Source of the DNA: Eledone cirrhosa
Taxonomy: Eukaryota
Direction of reading: 5' to 3'
DNA: 64,000 nucleotides
Assembly (NCBI GenBank): GCA_964016885.1
Contig: OZ024751.1
Location: forward strand, 28,520,001-28,584,000
Shown in pieces: positions 13,627 to 27,563 of this stretch. The notes below the pieces were generated by a model, which worked only from the letters and a program-made list of their open reading frames with translations, was not told where the DNA came from and did not search any database. A program made the position numbers and the translations under genes. Each line of letters begins with the position of its first letter. Position 1 is the stretch's first letter.

Positions 13627-14753
13627 AAATATATATATACACATATATATATGTATGTATATATATATATATATATATACATCGTCCCCCCTCCCCTCTC
13701 AAGAACGTGAAACTAATAAACCTTTGTTCGTACTGCCTCTCTGTTTTGTTCCTGTTCCATTTTTCACTATATATATATATATATACTGTATATATATATG
13801 TGTGTGTGTGTGTGAGTATGTGAGTATATTTGAGCTGGCATATGCATGTATGTATACATACGCTCTCATGCATACATGAAGATCATATATATATATATAT
13901 ATATATAGTTTCTTCTCTGATGAAGCTTAGTGAAAATTCACACATTACTGTAACATTGTGACCATGTTGTAAGAATATAAAAACAATACTTTGTCTTTAA
14001 CATAAGAACTCCACTACAGCCAATACTATCACCATTATCATACACCACTACCACTACACACTACTACACATGTTATACACCACCACTGCCACTACCATCA
14101 CTAACATCACCACCACCACCAACACTACTACTACTACTATTAATGGCCTATTAGAATAGGAACATATGAAAGAATGAAAAAAAAAAACAGTGATGCTCCA
14201 ACATGGTCATAGTCTAATGACTGAAAGAAGTAAAGGTGTATAAGAATAAAAGAATGGAACAAAAGACAGTTATGTTGATTTGAAACAGCCCCCATATGTT
14301 TCATAGGCTGGTGGTGGTGGTGGTGGTGGTGGTTATGTTGGGGGTGGTGTTGATGTTTATGGTGGTAGTGGTGTTGGTGGTGATTGTATTTTTGTGGGTG
14401 ACAGAGTGTGGCAGGGTGGGAAAAGGGAAAGCTAAGGGCCTGAGGAGGGGGGGGAGGAGGAGGAGGAGGAGGAAGCAGGCTGTGAAAGGGTGCTCGGATT
14501 GGCAACTGTTGCTTGCTGGTTGTTCTTTTTTGTTGTTGTATAATGGCGGCGGCGGTGGCGGTGGGGAGTTTCATTGTAGTGGTGGTGGTGGTGGTGGTGG
14601 TGCCCTCATCACCACAAACACCACAACAGAAGCAGCAGTAGCAACAGCCGGCTGCACTTGTGGTCACCAAGGTGAGAGAAGGAGCGAGGGAGAGCGAGAG
14701 AGAGAGAGATAGAGAGAAGGAGAGAGAGTGAGAGAGAAAGAGACAGAGAGAGC

Positions 14754-14786
<33 letters not shown>

Positions 14787-14879
14787 CGAGAGAGAGAGAG
14801 CCTGTTGCCTTTTTAGCCCTAGTTAAAGCTATATAATAAATAAAGCCCAGCCAAGACAAGCAGCTGCTGGGAATTGGCC

Positions 14880-15032
14880 GGGTGTAGTAGGGTGGGAGAT
14901 AATGGAGGGTGGCGGTGGGTGTAGTAGGGTGGGAGATAATGGAGGGTGGCGGTGGGTGTAGTAGGGTGGGAGATAATGGAGGGTGGCGGTGGGTGTAGTA
15001 GGATGGGAGATAATGGAGGGTGGCGGTGGGTG
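14880..15032 (+). repeat. 37-bp G-rich minisatellite, ~4 copies
   Basis: ggtgtagtagggtgggagataatggagggtggcggtg repeated at 14881, 14918, 14955 and 14992. Confidence 0.9.
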
Positions 15033-15699
15033 GTGGACTCTACGAGGTGGTTCCGGAAAAAGGGTACATACACACAATAAAACAACACTTTCCCTTTTAC
15101 AGACAGTGCCTTCCACACCCCCACACCCACCTACAATAAATCTCTCTCCCCCTCTCTCTCTCTCTTTATATATATATATATATATATATATAAAGAGAGA
15201 GTGGAAGAGTGGGAGGAGGGAGAGAAATAAAGACAGAGTGACCTAGAAAGAGAGGTCGAAATAGATAGATAGATAGGTAGATAGATGGAGTGTCCCTTAT
15301 TACATATTACCTCACACACACAATTATCACACACACACCACACCATCACACATACACCACACCATCACACATACACCACACCATCACACATACACCACAC
15401 CATCACACACACACCACACCATCACACACACACCACACCATCACACACACACCACACCAAGACATCCATATAACAAGACAGGTGAGGTGATAAGATGGAT
15501 GGAGATGGTGGTGGTGATGATGATGGTGATGGATGAGAAGGTGGGTGGTGGGGATGGTGGGAGCTTTTAGGGTTTAGACAGAAACTAGTTATCTCCTTGG
15601 TAACCAAAGCTCCATTGCAGGTGAAAAGGTTGGGAGGGGGGAGGGGTAGACGTGTGGTGGAAATATGAATTGCAGGGTGTCTAAGAATAGTATTATTAA

Positions 15700-15925
15700 C
15701 TTGGTGGTGAGCTGGCAGAATTGGAAGAGCGTCTAACAACATGCTTTATGGCATATAGTTATGGCCCTTTACGTTCTGAGTTCAAATCCTTCCGAGCTTG
15801 GTTTTGTCTTTCATTCTTACAGGGTCGATAAAATAAAGTACCAGTAACGTACTGGAATCGATTTAATCGATTTTCCTTCTCCCCCAAAATTGCTGGCCTT
15901 GTGCCTAAATCAGAAACCGTAATTA
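15700..15925 (+). mobile_element. SINE S1, near full length
   Basis: tggcagaattggaagagcg head, gagttcaaatcc B box, conserved body. Another degenerate copy at about 16110-16298. Confidence 0.8.
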
Positions 15926-16599
15926 ATTTCAGTCCTGTCAACTTTCCCCAATCGACGTGACATCTACCCACTTTGGTGTGGAAATGGGTATAGCTTTCAT
16001 TATGTAAAACTCCCCATTTTGCCTCCCTTTTCCCCGTTTTGGGGTAGTTTATGGTACACCCCGTTTGGGTTTTGGAGGTTGGCAGATCCGTTAATTTGTG
16101 TAGAGAAGGGGTAGTTGAGTTAGTTATGTCTTTCTACGTTCTGAGTTCAAATTTTACTGAGGGCAACATTTGTCGTTCACCCTTCTGGGCTGTCGATAAA
16201 ATAAAGTACCTGTTAAGTACTGGAGATCAATATAATCGATTTTCTCCCCCTTTCCCCTAAATTGCTGGCCTTATTCCCCTAAATTAGGAATCGTTATTGG
16301 CTTGGCAGTGAGACAGATTTGAACCTATATTGCCTCTCTTCAATCACTAAACACTATAGCGTCTAGTCTCTCACCCATATTTCCTTTTAGTGTCACAGTC
16401 CTTTGTAGAAGTGACGGATCATTTGTATCATGGCTCCGTCCCGTGACATCGTTTTAGTGAAGTTCTGTAGATTTTTTAGTTGGGGTGGGGTGGGGGCTAA
16501 TTTTGGTTATTGCTTACAACTCCAGATATTTTGTGTGTGTGTATATATATATATTTCTAAAGCTTCGTCAATGCTGTACTAAAATTTATATATATATAA

Positions 16600-17602
16600 G
16601 TTTATTTTATTTGCCACCAGGGCATCAAAAGTGGGACAAGTACAAAGGGGGGAGTTTACACAAAAAGGCGTCCTCAATAAGGAGGAGGCAATAACAAAAT
16701 ATAAAAATAAAATAAGATATAACAAAAAATAAAATTTTTAACAAAATCCTCAATAGAGAGGAGGCGCCTTGGGGGGTCGCACACACCCCCGAAAAAAGTG
16801 TGCAACCCTTTTCCTCAGGAGCACAGAGAGGGGGTGCTCCCTCGTTCCTTCCTCTTTTCCACCTACAGGCTTATGTAAAGAGAAGGCCCATTCACACGGG
16901 CCATTCTCGCCACTTTCACCCACCTTTCATAAAAACGACTGGGGTGCAGCACCTCTCTCTCCATCCTGATCCTTCTTCCGAAATGATATCGGAAGAAACG
17001 GACCAGTTGTTGGCCAGAGAGAAAGGTGCCTGACCTCAGTCCTTTCAGACGCGTCCACCATACAACCTCTTTCGCCATGGCTATTACGCACAGAAACACC
17101 GCCTCTGCTTCATCTTTGAAGGGGGGAGGCGGCTTGATCATTACAATAGACTCGGTGGTCAACCGGATCGGTCCCACCCTTGACAGCAGTTGTTCGACAT
17201 AGCCCCACAGATCGGCTACGCCCAAGCAGTGTACCAATGCGTGTGCAACGGTTTCCTCGTCGCACACGCATCTGGGACAGATCTTTTTGGCGGGGTCCCT
17301 ACCCGGGCGCCCGTGTCTGTAGAGCCTTTCTCGAACGGGTAAAGCCCCTCGGTAGCACTGCCAGGCCAGGGACTTCTGGAAGTTGTCCATAGGTCCCGGG
17401 CTGAATGTCCTACCGAACAGGCTGGCCAGTTCGTCCTCCTCCATGTCTAGGGCTTCTCCGAGGGCGTCGTCGCACCTGCTGCGTACCAGCCCTCTATAGA
17501 ATGTTGCGGTGGAGTCTCCACTGATAACCGGATCCGCCTGCCAGAGGGCGGTGAGCGCCTGGGCACACTCAGTGTGCCAGGCGCCCAGTTTTCTCGGTCT
17601 TT
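16600..17602 (-). pseudogene. L1/Tx1-clade LINE, 3' end of ORF2 (zf-RVT-like) plus 3'UTR
   Basis: ORF 16863-17444: AWQCYRGALPVRERL...CPRC..DEETVAHALVHC CCHC knuckle. GC-rich, with an aataaa-type 3' terminus. Confidence 0.9.
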
Positions 17603-17616
17603 GCTTTTATATATAT

Positions 17617-17671
<55 letters not shown>

Positions 17672-17682
17672 TAAAGATAGAC

Positions 17683-17739
<57 letters not shown>

Positions 17740-17740
<1 letters not shown>

Positions 17741-17965
17741 ATTTCTTTATTAGCCACAAGGGCACAAAAGAAGGAGACAAATACAAATGGGGAGTTTACA
17801 TACAGGTATATGAAAATAAAACTATTAATAAAATAACAAATAACAATTGAAATCCCCAATAGGGGGCAGGCGTTACACAGGGGTTGTACACACCCCGAAA
17901 ATATGTACAACCCTCATCTCCAGGAGCACCAAGAGTGAGTACTCCCTTCCTCTCTTCCTCTTTTA
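17740..17965 (-). mobile_element. Second Tx1-like 3'UTR fragment, within (GATA)n
   Basis: Homologous to 16610-16860 and ends gtggctaataaagaaa followed by (TATC)n. Similar 3' tips at about 26610, 43060 and 57560. Confidence 0.75.
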
Positions 17966-18185
17966 GATAGATATGATTTCCTTCGAATGAAACAGTTCTA
18001 GTCCTGTAGAAGCCATTTCTATATTAAATATTGTATATAGTATATATAACGTATATTGTATATAGTATATATAACGTATATTGTATATAGTATATATAAC
18101 GTAATCAATACATAGTAGAGTATATACTATATACTCTACTATGTATTGAGTACGTTACTTACTGTGGTTACCCTCGATTGAAACT

Positions 18186-18240
<55 letters not shown>

Positions 18241-18433
18241 ACAGACAGACACATATATATATATATAGAGAGAGGGGGGGGGGGTGAGAGCGAAAGAAGG
18301 GACAGAGAGAGAAAGAAAGACAGAGAGAGAGAGAGGGAGAGAGTGACAAATGAAGCAATAGCTTACACTCTGTTCACAAGTATTGATTGCACGCTCATTC
18401 AGTTACGTACACAGCTATTTAAAACACCCCTTT

Positions 18434-18469
<36 letters not shown>

Positions 18470-18880
18470 CTTTATATATATATATATATATACTTTATAT
18501 ATATATATAAAGTATATATGCCATATTTGCTTGTATTAGAAAAACTATGACGTAATTAAAAGCCAAACAATTACTTGGTTTTCTCTCTCTCCATTCTACG
18601 ACGAAATAATTTTTATATTAAACGGTTAAAGATGCCGATCTCAATAAAACTGTCGAAGTTATCTCCCTTTCCATAGCAATAAATCTGTGGCACTGTTAAG
18701 GTTAACGAGTGCGCGTATGATGTATGTTCTGTTTAATGGAGCTGAGTGAGTGTGCATGTGTGTGTGTGTGTGTGTGCGTGCATGTGTGTGTGTGTGTGTG
18801 TGTGCGTGAGGTATCATTTTCATTGTTTGTTATTTTTCGTTTTATTTTGAATATTTTGAATATATATATATATATGTATA

Positions 18881-18923
<43 letters not shown>

Positions 18924-19511
18924 ATGTATGTATATGTATATATATATGTATATGTATATATATAAACTTCTGTGATTGGATCTGACCTCAATGACATATA
19001 CAACGAAAGAAACGGGTGGCGGATGCGGGTGGAAGCGGGGTGAGGGAGGGGAGGGGGAGTTACGCGTACTAATTACTATATTGTACTTCAGATAATGATG
19101 ATGTTGCTGTTGCTGATGATGATGACGACGTCAAAAATGATAATGATGATGATGACGATGATGATGATGATAGTTATAAATGGTTAAATTTCTAGCGCTT
19201 TGATATTTCAAAAACAAAGGGGGGGGGGCGTACTAAATATTGTGTGTACACCCCTCACACACCTATACTCACACACACACACACACCACCACTGGCTACG
19301 GCTCAGTCAGCCCTCCCCCATATCTTCCCTCCCTCCTGCCTCCTCCCACTTAAGACACCACAGCCCTGCCGTGTCAGAGACTAGGGTGGAGTCGGGTGTG
19401 AAATGAGACGTGACTAAGTTGTGTAGCTGAAGAAAGTACTTAGAAAGTGTCGTTCCTGTTTAGAAATATCACACATACAACAAACGACCCATCAAAGCTC
19501 AGCTGTGTGTA

Positions 19512-19942
<431 letters not shown>

Positions 19943-20073
19943 GATAAATCTACCAAAAGATCTGTTAAATATACATGCCAATTCTAACACATATATATCC
20001 CAGAAACGATCGTTAAATAATGAACTTTTTTTGTTTAATATAAGGAACTGTTTCATTGTTTTATTCATTATTT

Positions 20074-20370
<297 letters not shown>

Positions 20371-21139
20371 TATATATATATGTGTGTGTATGTATGTATG
20401 TATGTATGTATGTATGTATGTATGTATGTATGTGCGTCCCAACCCGTATATATACATATACATACGCACAGAGACACAGACACACCCACCCACGCACACA
20501 CACACATATATATACATACATATTAGATAAATAAATGTACATACATACATACATATACATATATATATATATTATATATTTTATATACATTATAAAACTC
20601 TTTTTTAAAAGAATTGTCCCTCTCGTTTTCAATAATTGTTTCTACTTTTGGCACAAGGCCAGCAATTACCCAGTGTATTACTGGTACTTTATTTTATCGA
20701 CCCCGTAAGGATGAAAGGCAAAGTTAACCTCGGTGCGTGTCTCGTTTTCAATAATGTCACTTTGACGAATCAAAGAAAGGAAAGAAAAAAAGAATAGAAT
20801 AGATTGGTAGAATTAAGAATGAATGGTTTACAGAAGATGACGGAATGGAACCACATTTGCACAGGGAGAGCGAGAGAGAGAGAGAGAGAGAGAGAGACAT
20901 AAGTTCACACACACACACAAACACACACACTCATATAGACACACAGGTGTATACATAAGTTCACGCAAAAAGGTACACACACGCACACAAGTACAGAACT
21001 ATAGAGACAGAGGTACACAGTGTTAGTGGTGCTGTAATTAGTGACACCTGGCACAGCTGTAAATACAAAAGACTGCCAATTGATACGTGTACCAGACGAC
21101 AATACGTAGTGTCGTCTGGTTTGGTTTAGTCTCGCCTCT

Positions 21140-21170
21140 GTGTGTGTGTGTGTGTGTCTGTCACTCTTTC

Positions 21171-21222
<52 letters not shown>

Positions 21223-21985
21223 TGTGTCTGTCACTCTTTCTATATGTGTGTGTGTGTGTGTGTGTGTCTTTCTACCTGTGAGTGTGTGTGTGTCTGACAC
21301 TCTTTCTATGTATGTGTGTGTGTCACTCTTTCTACCTGTGTGTGTATGTCACTCTTTCTGTGTGTGTGTGTCACTCTTTCTACCTGTGTATGTGTGTCTG
21401 TCACTCTTTCTACCTGTGTATGTGTGTCTGTCACTCTTTCTACCTGTGTATGTGTGTGTGTCACTCTTTGTACCTGTTAGTGTGTGTGTGTCTGACACTC
21501 TTTCTACCTGTGTATGTGTGTGTGTAACTCTTTCTACCTGTGTATGTGTGTGTGTCAGTCTTCCTACCTGTGTGTCTGTGTGTCTTTCAGTCTTTCTACC
21601 TATGTGTGTGTGTGTCTGTCAGTCTTTCTACCTGTGTGTGTGTGTGTCAGTCTTCCTACATGTGTGTGTGTGTGGGTGTGTCTGTCTCTCAGTCTTTCTA
21701 CCTGTGTGTGTGTGTCTGTTACACTTTCTATCTCTTTGTGTGTGTGTGTGTGTATGTCAGTCTTTCTACCTGTGTGTGTTTATGTGTGTTTGTCACTCTT
21801 TATACCTGTGTGTGTGTGTAACTCTTTCTACCTGTGTGTCTGTTACTCTTTCTACCTGTGTGTGAGTGTGTGAGTCACCCTGTCTACCTGTGCGTATGTA
21901 TGTGTCTGTGTATCTGTCACTCTTTCTACTACTGTGTGTGTGGGTATCACTCGTTCTAACTGTGTGTGTGTGTGCGTGCGTGTGT
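21140..21985. repeat. Degenerate minisatellite tgtcactctttctacctg(tg)n
   Basis: About 25 variable-length units of roughly 28-35 bp built on a (TG)n spacer. Confidence 0.85.
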
Positions 21986-22139
21986 TACGTTTCAACATAA
22001 ACCTTTATGAATGTCCGGTTACTGATATGGACGGTATGTGGGGGGGGGAGGAGGTATAGAGATAGATAGATAGAGAGAGGGGGGGAGATGAGATAGATAG
22101 AGATAAGAGTGAGAGGGAGAGAGATAGATAGACAGATAT

Positions 22140-22228
<89 letters not shown>

Positions 22229-22442
22229 GAAATAGATAGATAGACAGATAAACGGATAGAATAAGAGAGAGAGAGGGAGTGAGAGAGAGAGAGTGAGACA
22301 GAGAGAGAGAGAGACAGAGAGAGAGAGAGAATGGGTGGGGATTAGCTAACCTTTGTGTGTGTATGTAGGTTAGTGTGACGATAATCCCACCCATATCATT
22401 ATCATCATAATTATAATGATTATCATTATTAATAACATTATC

Positions 22443-23925
22443 GAACGCCAAGGTGGAGTTTCCACCGATCAGATTGCCCGACTGGTCGAGGGCTGTGAGC
22501 GCCTGAAGACATTCCAGTCTCCAAGCGCTCCCTCTCGGTCTTCGCTTGACCCAGGACTGCAGCTCCGTCAAGGAGACGAGCTGGGGAAAGACGCGTCTAG
22601 CAAACGGCGACCACACCTGATCACCGTCGAGGAAGAGGTGTAGATGTCGTAGCCTGAGCGCGTGTCTGCGCATCATCAGCCACGGCATGCCCAGTCCCCC
22701 ACGTAGCGGGTGTGGACAGCAGATGGACCAGATGTCACTGTGCATGGCAGCGATCCAGCCTCTGAAGACGGGTCCAAAGCCAGCCGCCCTCGGGACTGTC
22801 GCCAGATAATGATGGTCGACCCTATCGAAAGCTTTCGACTGATCTAAATTGATCAAGGAGCCATCCGTGTCAGGTTCCCTCTCCACGATGTATCGCATGA
22901 GGTGGAGGTTGTCGTGGATGGATCTGTCTGGAATGATGCATGTCTGTGCCTCTCCCACCAGACCACCGACGACAAGCGCCAACTTCTTTGCTAGCACCTT
23001 GGCCAAAATCTTGAACTCTGTGTTTAACAGAGTTATGGGCCTGAAATTATCTATGTTATCGCCCTCGTTCGAATTCTTTCTCAGCAGCGCCACCGCTCCT
23101 CGGCTCACAGAGCTGAGAATTCTCCCGTTCTGTTGCCAGTTGCAGTAGACGTCCGCCAAGAGGCCTCCGAACAAGTCTGGCATCTGTACGTAAAGTTCAT
23201 AGGGCAGACCACCCAAACTAGGCGATTTACTCCTTGTGCAGCCTGTCATTGCCTCCCGTACTTCAGTGGCTGTTATCGGCTTTTCGCAACACTTCGCCTC
23301 AGTGGCCGAGAGCCGCAGCAGTCCGTCGAGTTAGACACTAAAGTCCATCCCTCGATCCGGCCCGCCGCTGCCCTCGAACAGCTGAGCGAAATGCCGCTGA
23401 AAAGCTTCACACATTTTCCCGGGATCGAGTAGCATGCGCCCGTCGTGGTCCACCAAAGACCGGATCGTGGCTTTGTTGCCACGACGCGCCTCCGCCACTC
23501 GGGCCCATTGAACGGCTTTCGTCCCCCCCCCCCGTGTCTGAGAGCACGCACCCTAGCTCTGACAATGCAGCCTTCGTGCTTTGCATTGAAGAATTGGTCA
23601 AGGGCCAATTTCGCCGCAAGTACGTCGGTCGCGATGTCTTTACTAAGCGCCTCGTCTAATTTTCTAACTAGTTCTCCCTCTGCTCCATTTTTCTCTATTG
23701 CTAAAGCCTTACTAAACCTAATGGACTCTATTCTAATCGCTCTTTTCAGAGCAAACCACCATTTGTTGTTGATGATGGCCCACGTCAACGCCCGCTTAAC
23801 TAATTCGCAAATCCGGTCTCAGTAGACCTTGCCCGCTGTTAATGACGCGTTTAGCTTCCAGTAGCGGGGTCCCTGTCTATGAAGCCTATCTAAGTCAACC
23901 ACACAGATCACGAATTGTGGACAGC
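22443..23925 (-). pseudogene. L1/Tx1-clade LINE ORF2 remnant (EN end, RT, internal deletion)
   Basis: G..YWKLNASL, FRPITLLNTEFKILAKVL, LINLDQSKAFDRVDH, then a jump to GGLGMP. Frameshifted. AWRLECLQALTAL aligns with the 17.55 kb copy. Confidence 0.92.
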
Positions 23926-23983
23926 CTATGCTAGACCTATCTATTTCCCTACAAAATACTTTATATATATATATATATGTTTT

Positions 23984-24626
23984 CCCTGTTTTATTGATGG
24001 CGCACTATCTCTCTCTAGTGTGTTGCCTTTTCAACATATTGTATTTTAAAGAGCTCAGGATTGCTTTTACCTTGAGCACATTATTGACAGGGAATAACGA
24101 GAGTCTATGCCTCCGTTAATGTATCGTGATATAACAGTCTTTCCTCTCTCTCTCTGTTTGGTTGAGCACACTTCTCTGAGTGGTTTTTGGGCTGCCCTTT
24201 CTAGCAGCTCGTCCCTCAGACACCACTGGTTCACTGCCCTAAACACGCTGACATCTATCTCCCACGTGTAGCTGGAGGGTCGCTTTAAATTCTCTTAGAG
24301 TTGTCTGTAATGTATAGCCTTGCACGCGCTGATGAACCATGGGCTATTCGATTTCAGTCAACAACTTCCTGGCGAAACAGATCTCTTTGGATTTGTGCGT
24401 GTGTTATATAGTTATAGAGGTGCGTATATACATTTTAATTTATATTTTTAATTATTGTGTGTCTACCCTGCCTGCCATAGATTATAGATTCCATACACTG
24501 GTGGCTCCCCTGTTTTATTGATGGCGCACTATCTCTCTCTAGTGTGCTACCTTTTCAACATATTGTATTTTAAAGAGCTCAGGATTCCTTTTCTTTTGAG
24601 CACAGTATTGACAGGGAATAACGAGA
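23984..24626 (+). mobile_element. Partial tandem (1.2-mer) of a 524-bp unit with hammerhead-like motif
   Basis: Direct repeats at 23984-24102 and 24508-24626, CTGATGA at 24329 and GAAAC at 24374, (TA)n on both sides. Confidence 0.55.
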
Positions 24627-24635
24627 ATTAATTTA

Positions 24636-24673
<38 letters not shown>

Positions 24674-24678
<5 letters not shown>

Positions 24679-24795
24679 CTTCGTTTTCATACGGTTCATC
24701 TTGAGGCCTACTGCAGAGCTTTTTATACCGAGCTCCGTCAGCATGGTCTGAAGCTGCTCCGTGGTATCAGCGATGAGTACGATGTCATCAGCGAA
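24674..24795 (-). pseudogene. Isolated LINE (RTE-like) RT fragment
   Basis: FADDIVLIADTTEQLQTMLTEL...VGLKMNRMKTKFI covers RT domains 5-6, with (TA)n on both sides. Confidence 0.85.
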
Positions 24796-25129
24796 TATAT
24801 ATATATATATACACACACACACATATACATACACACATACGTACACACACATATATATATATATATATAGCTAAACATGTGTATATGTGCGTCTTTAGGG
24901 TAATGTTACAGATCAAAGAGATAAAATATCAAATTGTTAGGCTGTGTTATTTACAACACCAACTTAGTGTGTGCAGCAACTGCACAAAGATTAACCTCAA
25001 ACTGCAATAACTGCACCAGTAGCAGCAGCAGTGCATTGCAATAGTATCTGTAGTAGTGCAGCAGGATGGTATTGAAACTGCAGTAATAGAGATCACTGCA
25101 GCGGAACTAGCACCAACAGCAGCAGCGGC

Positions 25130-25130
25130 T

Positions 25131-25220
<90 letters not shown>

Positions 25221-25281
25221 ATAGTAGTAGTGGTAGTAGTAGTAGTAGTAGTAGTGAAATTAGTAGTAGTAGTATTAGGAA

Positions 25282-25331
<50 letters not shown>

Positions 25332-25361
25332 ATAGTAGTAATAGTAGTAGTAGTAGTAGTG

Positions 25362-25392
<31 letters not shown>

Positions 25393-25427
25393 AAGTAGTA
25401 GTAGTAGTAGTAGTAGAAGTAGTAGTG

Positions 25428-25461
<34 letters not shown>

Positions 25462-25496
25462 AAGTAGTAGTAGTAGTAGTAGTAGAAGTAGTAGTG

Positions 25497-25540
<44 letters not shown>
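25130..25540. repeat. (GTA)n microsatellite
   Basis: Direct observation. (GAT/GGT)n follows at 25820-26250. Confidence 0.95.
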
Positions 25541-25541
<1 letters not shown>

Positions 25542-25821
25542 TTGGTGGTGTTGGTATTAGCCTTAAAGGCCAGCAGTATTTGATAGTGTAAGGCTCCGGT
25601 GAGGTGGGGGGGTAGAAAGTCTTTTACCCCGTACTTGATTGGTACTTTATTTTATAGTTCCCGACCCCCTCCCGACTTTGACCTTCTGACCCTCATAACC
25701 CTCCCAAGGAAGGATGAAATGACCTTGCTGGGATTTGAACTCAGAATGTATCGAGAGAACCAGAACATTAACTGCGCGACATTCTATCTTGACTGGCATG
25801 GGAGAAGGAACGGATGTTAAA

Positions 25822-25855
<34 letters not shown>

Positions 25856-27369
25856 CGTGGTAGTGGTGGTGTTGATGATGATGATGATGGTGGTGGTTGT
25901 GGTGATGACAATGATGATGATGATGGTGGTTGTGATGGTGATGATGATAATGGTGGTGGTGGTGGTGATGGTGATAATGGTGGTGGTAATGGTGATGATG
26001 ATGGTGGTGATGGTGATAATGGTGGTGGTGATGGTGATGGTGATAATGGTGGTGGTGATGGTGTTGATGATGGTGGTGGTGGTGATGAAGATGATGATGA
26101 TGATGGTGGTGGTGTTGACGATGCTGGTGATGATGATGACGATGGTGATGGTGGTGGTGAAGATGATGATGATGATGGTGGTGAGGGTGATGGTGATGAT
26201 GATGATGAAGATATTGATGGAAATGCTGATCATGAAGATGATGATATCATCTGATATCCTAATAATTCTGCCAATCCACCGCCCTGACAACTACAACAAC
26301 TACAACAACGACAATAATTTCTTTCTCAATATTAGTAATAATAATTTAATAATAATGTAGAAAGAGAAATCCTATTTAAGGATATTTTCTTTATTAAGAA
26401 CTTCATATTAATGGGGGCAATTTTTATATATTTCTTTACAAATTTATTATTTCTTTTTATTTGTTAAATTTATTTTTTTCTCGAATATTATTTTTTTCAA
26501 ATTTTTCGTATTTTTTCTAAGGATTTTTTGGGGGGTTAGGGTGAGGGTTGGTGGGGGTTCAACAGATGCCTTTATTATTATTTCCAACACTGTATCGTCT
26601 TTAATGTTTCCTTAATGTGAGCCCTGTGTGGCTAATAAAGAAATCATTATTACTATTTTCATTATTATTATTATTATTACTATTATTATTATTATTATTA
26701 CTATTATTGTATAAACGTACTAAACAACTAAACGGGTATTATTAACTAATACTAAACTGTTGCTGAGGTTGTCATTATTGTAGTTGTTGCTGCTGCTGTT
26801 ATTGTAATTGTTGTTGCTGTTGCTGTTGTTACTCCTTGGTGGAAACATTAATTCGCAATATGCTCGCTTGCAAACACCATTAAATGGAACGATTCTGAGG
26901 AAATTGCCATCATATCTCGCAGACATCAAAACCCACTTTTCAACGATGCACTTTTATAGTTTATCTTCATAACTACACACTCCACCCACTCCCCCCACCA
27001 CCACTACCACCACCATTATGTCACTGTCCTCCACCCCATTCGCCTGCCCCCCACCCCCATCAAATAACAGGATCAAATAACCAAAAAGAGGAGGTGGGAC
27101 AAACAGATCTCCACCAAGTCATTTCTACATAGTCTCTTGTTCACTCCATTATAATCATAATCACCAGAAATTTATCATTATTGTTATTATTATTGTTATC
27201 ATTATTATTATTATTATTATTATTATTGTTATTATTAATAATATGGTAATGATGGACATCATCATTATAACTATTATTATGATGACGATGATGATGATGA
27301 TGTACACGAACATCTTAATTACTGTGTATCCAGTTTACACAGTATCTTTGCGTCTTGTAAGAGGCAACT

Positions 27370-27490
27370 AACAGGGAATGGTGTCAAGCAGGGCATCCAT
27401 CCAGCTGTAAAACATTGCCTCATAAAATCCCGTCCAACCCATGCCAGCATGGAAAAATTAATGTTATGATGATGAGAATGATGATGATTA
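27370..27490 (+). mobile_element. RTE-type 3' tail
   Basis: ggtgtcaagcagggcatcc...aacccatgccagcatggaa...gttatgatgatga matches the RTE 3'UTR at 54430-54565. Confidence 0.7.
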
Positions 27491-27563
27491 GGGGCAGTGA
27501 CAGCAGCTTGACAGATTAGGGGAAATATTGTCCCCAATTTGTTTGCTTGTATGTGCAAAAAGC

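Noticed and set aside
14140-14859. 239-aa His/Pro/Thr-rich ORF resembling a transcription-factor low-complexity region
   Set aside because: Passes through (CT)n and (CAC)n tracts, has a non-ATG start and no recognisable domain.
23984-24626. LTR retrotransposon/TRIM
   Set aside because: The direct repeats lack TG...CA termini and I see no PBS, PPT or TSD.
25056-26360. Poly-Val and Gly/Asp-rich ORFs
   Set aside because: (GTA)n and (GAT/GGT)n microsatellites.
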